A stretch of 60,544 nucleotides of DNA, counting the filler, from Hausera hauseri (taxonomy: Eukaryota): NCBI GenBank assembly GCA_046269625.1. It is 10 parts of 10 records of this genome, joined end to end, with 100 filler letters (N's around TTAATTAATTAA, not from the genome) between each part and the next. Parts side by side here need not be neighbours in the genome. Positions count along the whole stretch, not along the records: positions 51,128 to 60,544 come from JBJURY010384368.1; 9 more parts are not named here. One strand, given 5' to 3'. Within the stretch, counting starts at the first letter, position 1; the number at the start of each line of letters is the position of its first letter. Shown in pieces: positions 60,101 through 60,544 of this stretch. Made by a program: the position numbers and the translations under genes. Under the pieces are notes generated by a model that saw only the letters and a list, made by a program, of their open reading frames with translations, ran no database searches and was not told the DNA's origin.

Positions 60101-60544
60101 AAAATGGCGGTTCTGGCTCACCCCGGGGAAGGGTAATCGATAAATGGATTTTGCACATGTGCCGATCGATAGTGCACACTGTGCACCATCGATCCATGAA
60201 TTGCCTAGCAACGGTGCCTACCGGCACTTTTCACTTATCGATCGCTGCACAGTGCACTATTGATCGAATCGATCGGGACAAAGTGCTAATCGAAAGCGCA
60301 CATCAAGATGCATCGACTGGTGCACAGTACAAATGTGCAGCACGTGTGCAAATGTGCGGCACATGTGCAAGTGTGCAAAAATTAATAATATTGGATTTTC
60401 GAGATTTCAAAAATCGATCGTTGGGGCTCGAGACCGGGTGCAATCGCAAGTGCACTTGATGTTGTACATGAATGTGCAGTTAGAATTTAAATCGATTGAT
60501 TGGTTTTCGAATAATTCGCAAGTGGGGCAGAACCGCCATAGGCC

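Overview
Eukaryotic (animal-like, AT-rich) sequence made of 10 unrelated contigs joined by artificial 100-bp spacers (44 N + TTAATTAATTAA + 44 N): 1-7608, 7709-12816, 12917-17980, 18081-23060, 23161-27935, 28036-33210, 33311-40100, 40201-46115, 46216-51027, 51128-60544. Adjacency across spacers has no biological meaning, and the contigs may not share one host. Host content: a collapsed-repeat discoidin (F5/8C)/WxxW mucin-like gene, a complete UPF1 with 41-44 bp introns, and SMARCAD1, LRR-Ig, PPEF-like and Spt20-like fragments. Ordinary mobile DNA: RTE-like LINE ends, a decayed Polinton/adintovirus-type pPolB, two hATm-like transposons, a Tc1/mariner remnant and two simple Ty3/Gypsy elements. 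The standout is a family of large envelope-bearing LTR retroelements, seen in three diverged copies (contigs 2, 3, 6). The composite order is LTR - tRNA-His PBS - Gag(CCHC) - ubiquitin-like - Bcl-2-like - signal peptide - chuvirus/gB-like glycoprotein - TM - protease - RT. Env lies between gag and pol, apparently within one polyprotein. Further cargo includes a degenerate REX4/ISG20-like DEDDh domain (contig 6), a pre-PPT RING finger (contig 9) and a Ubl ending in LKGG (contig 7); linking the last two to this family is inference. All domain calls are by-eye motif recognition, all copies carry stops or frameshifts, and no single contig shows the whole element.
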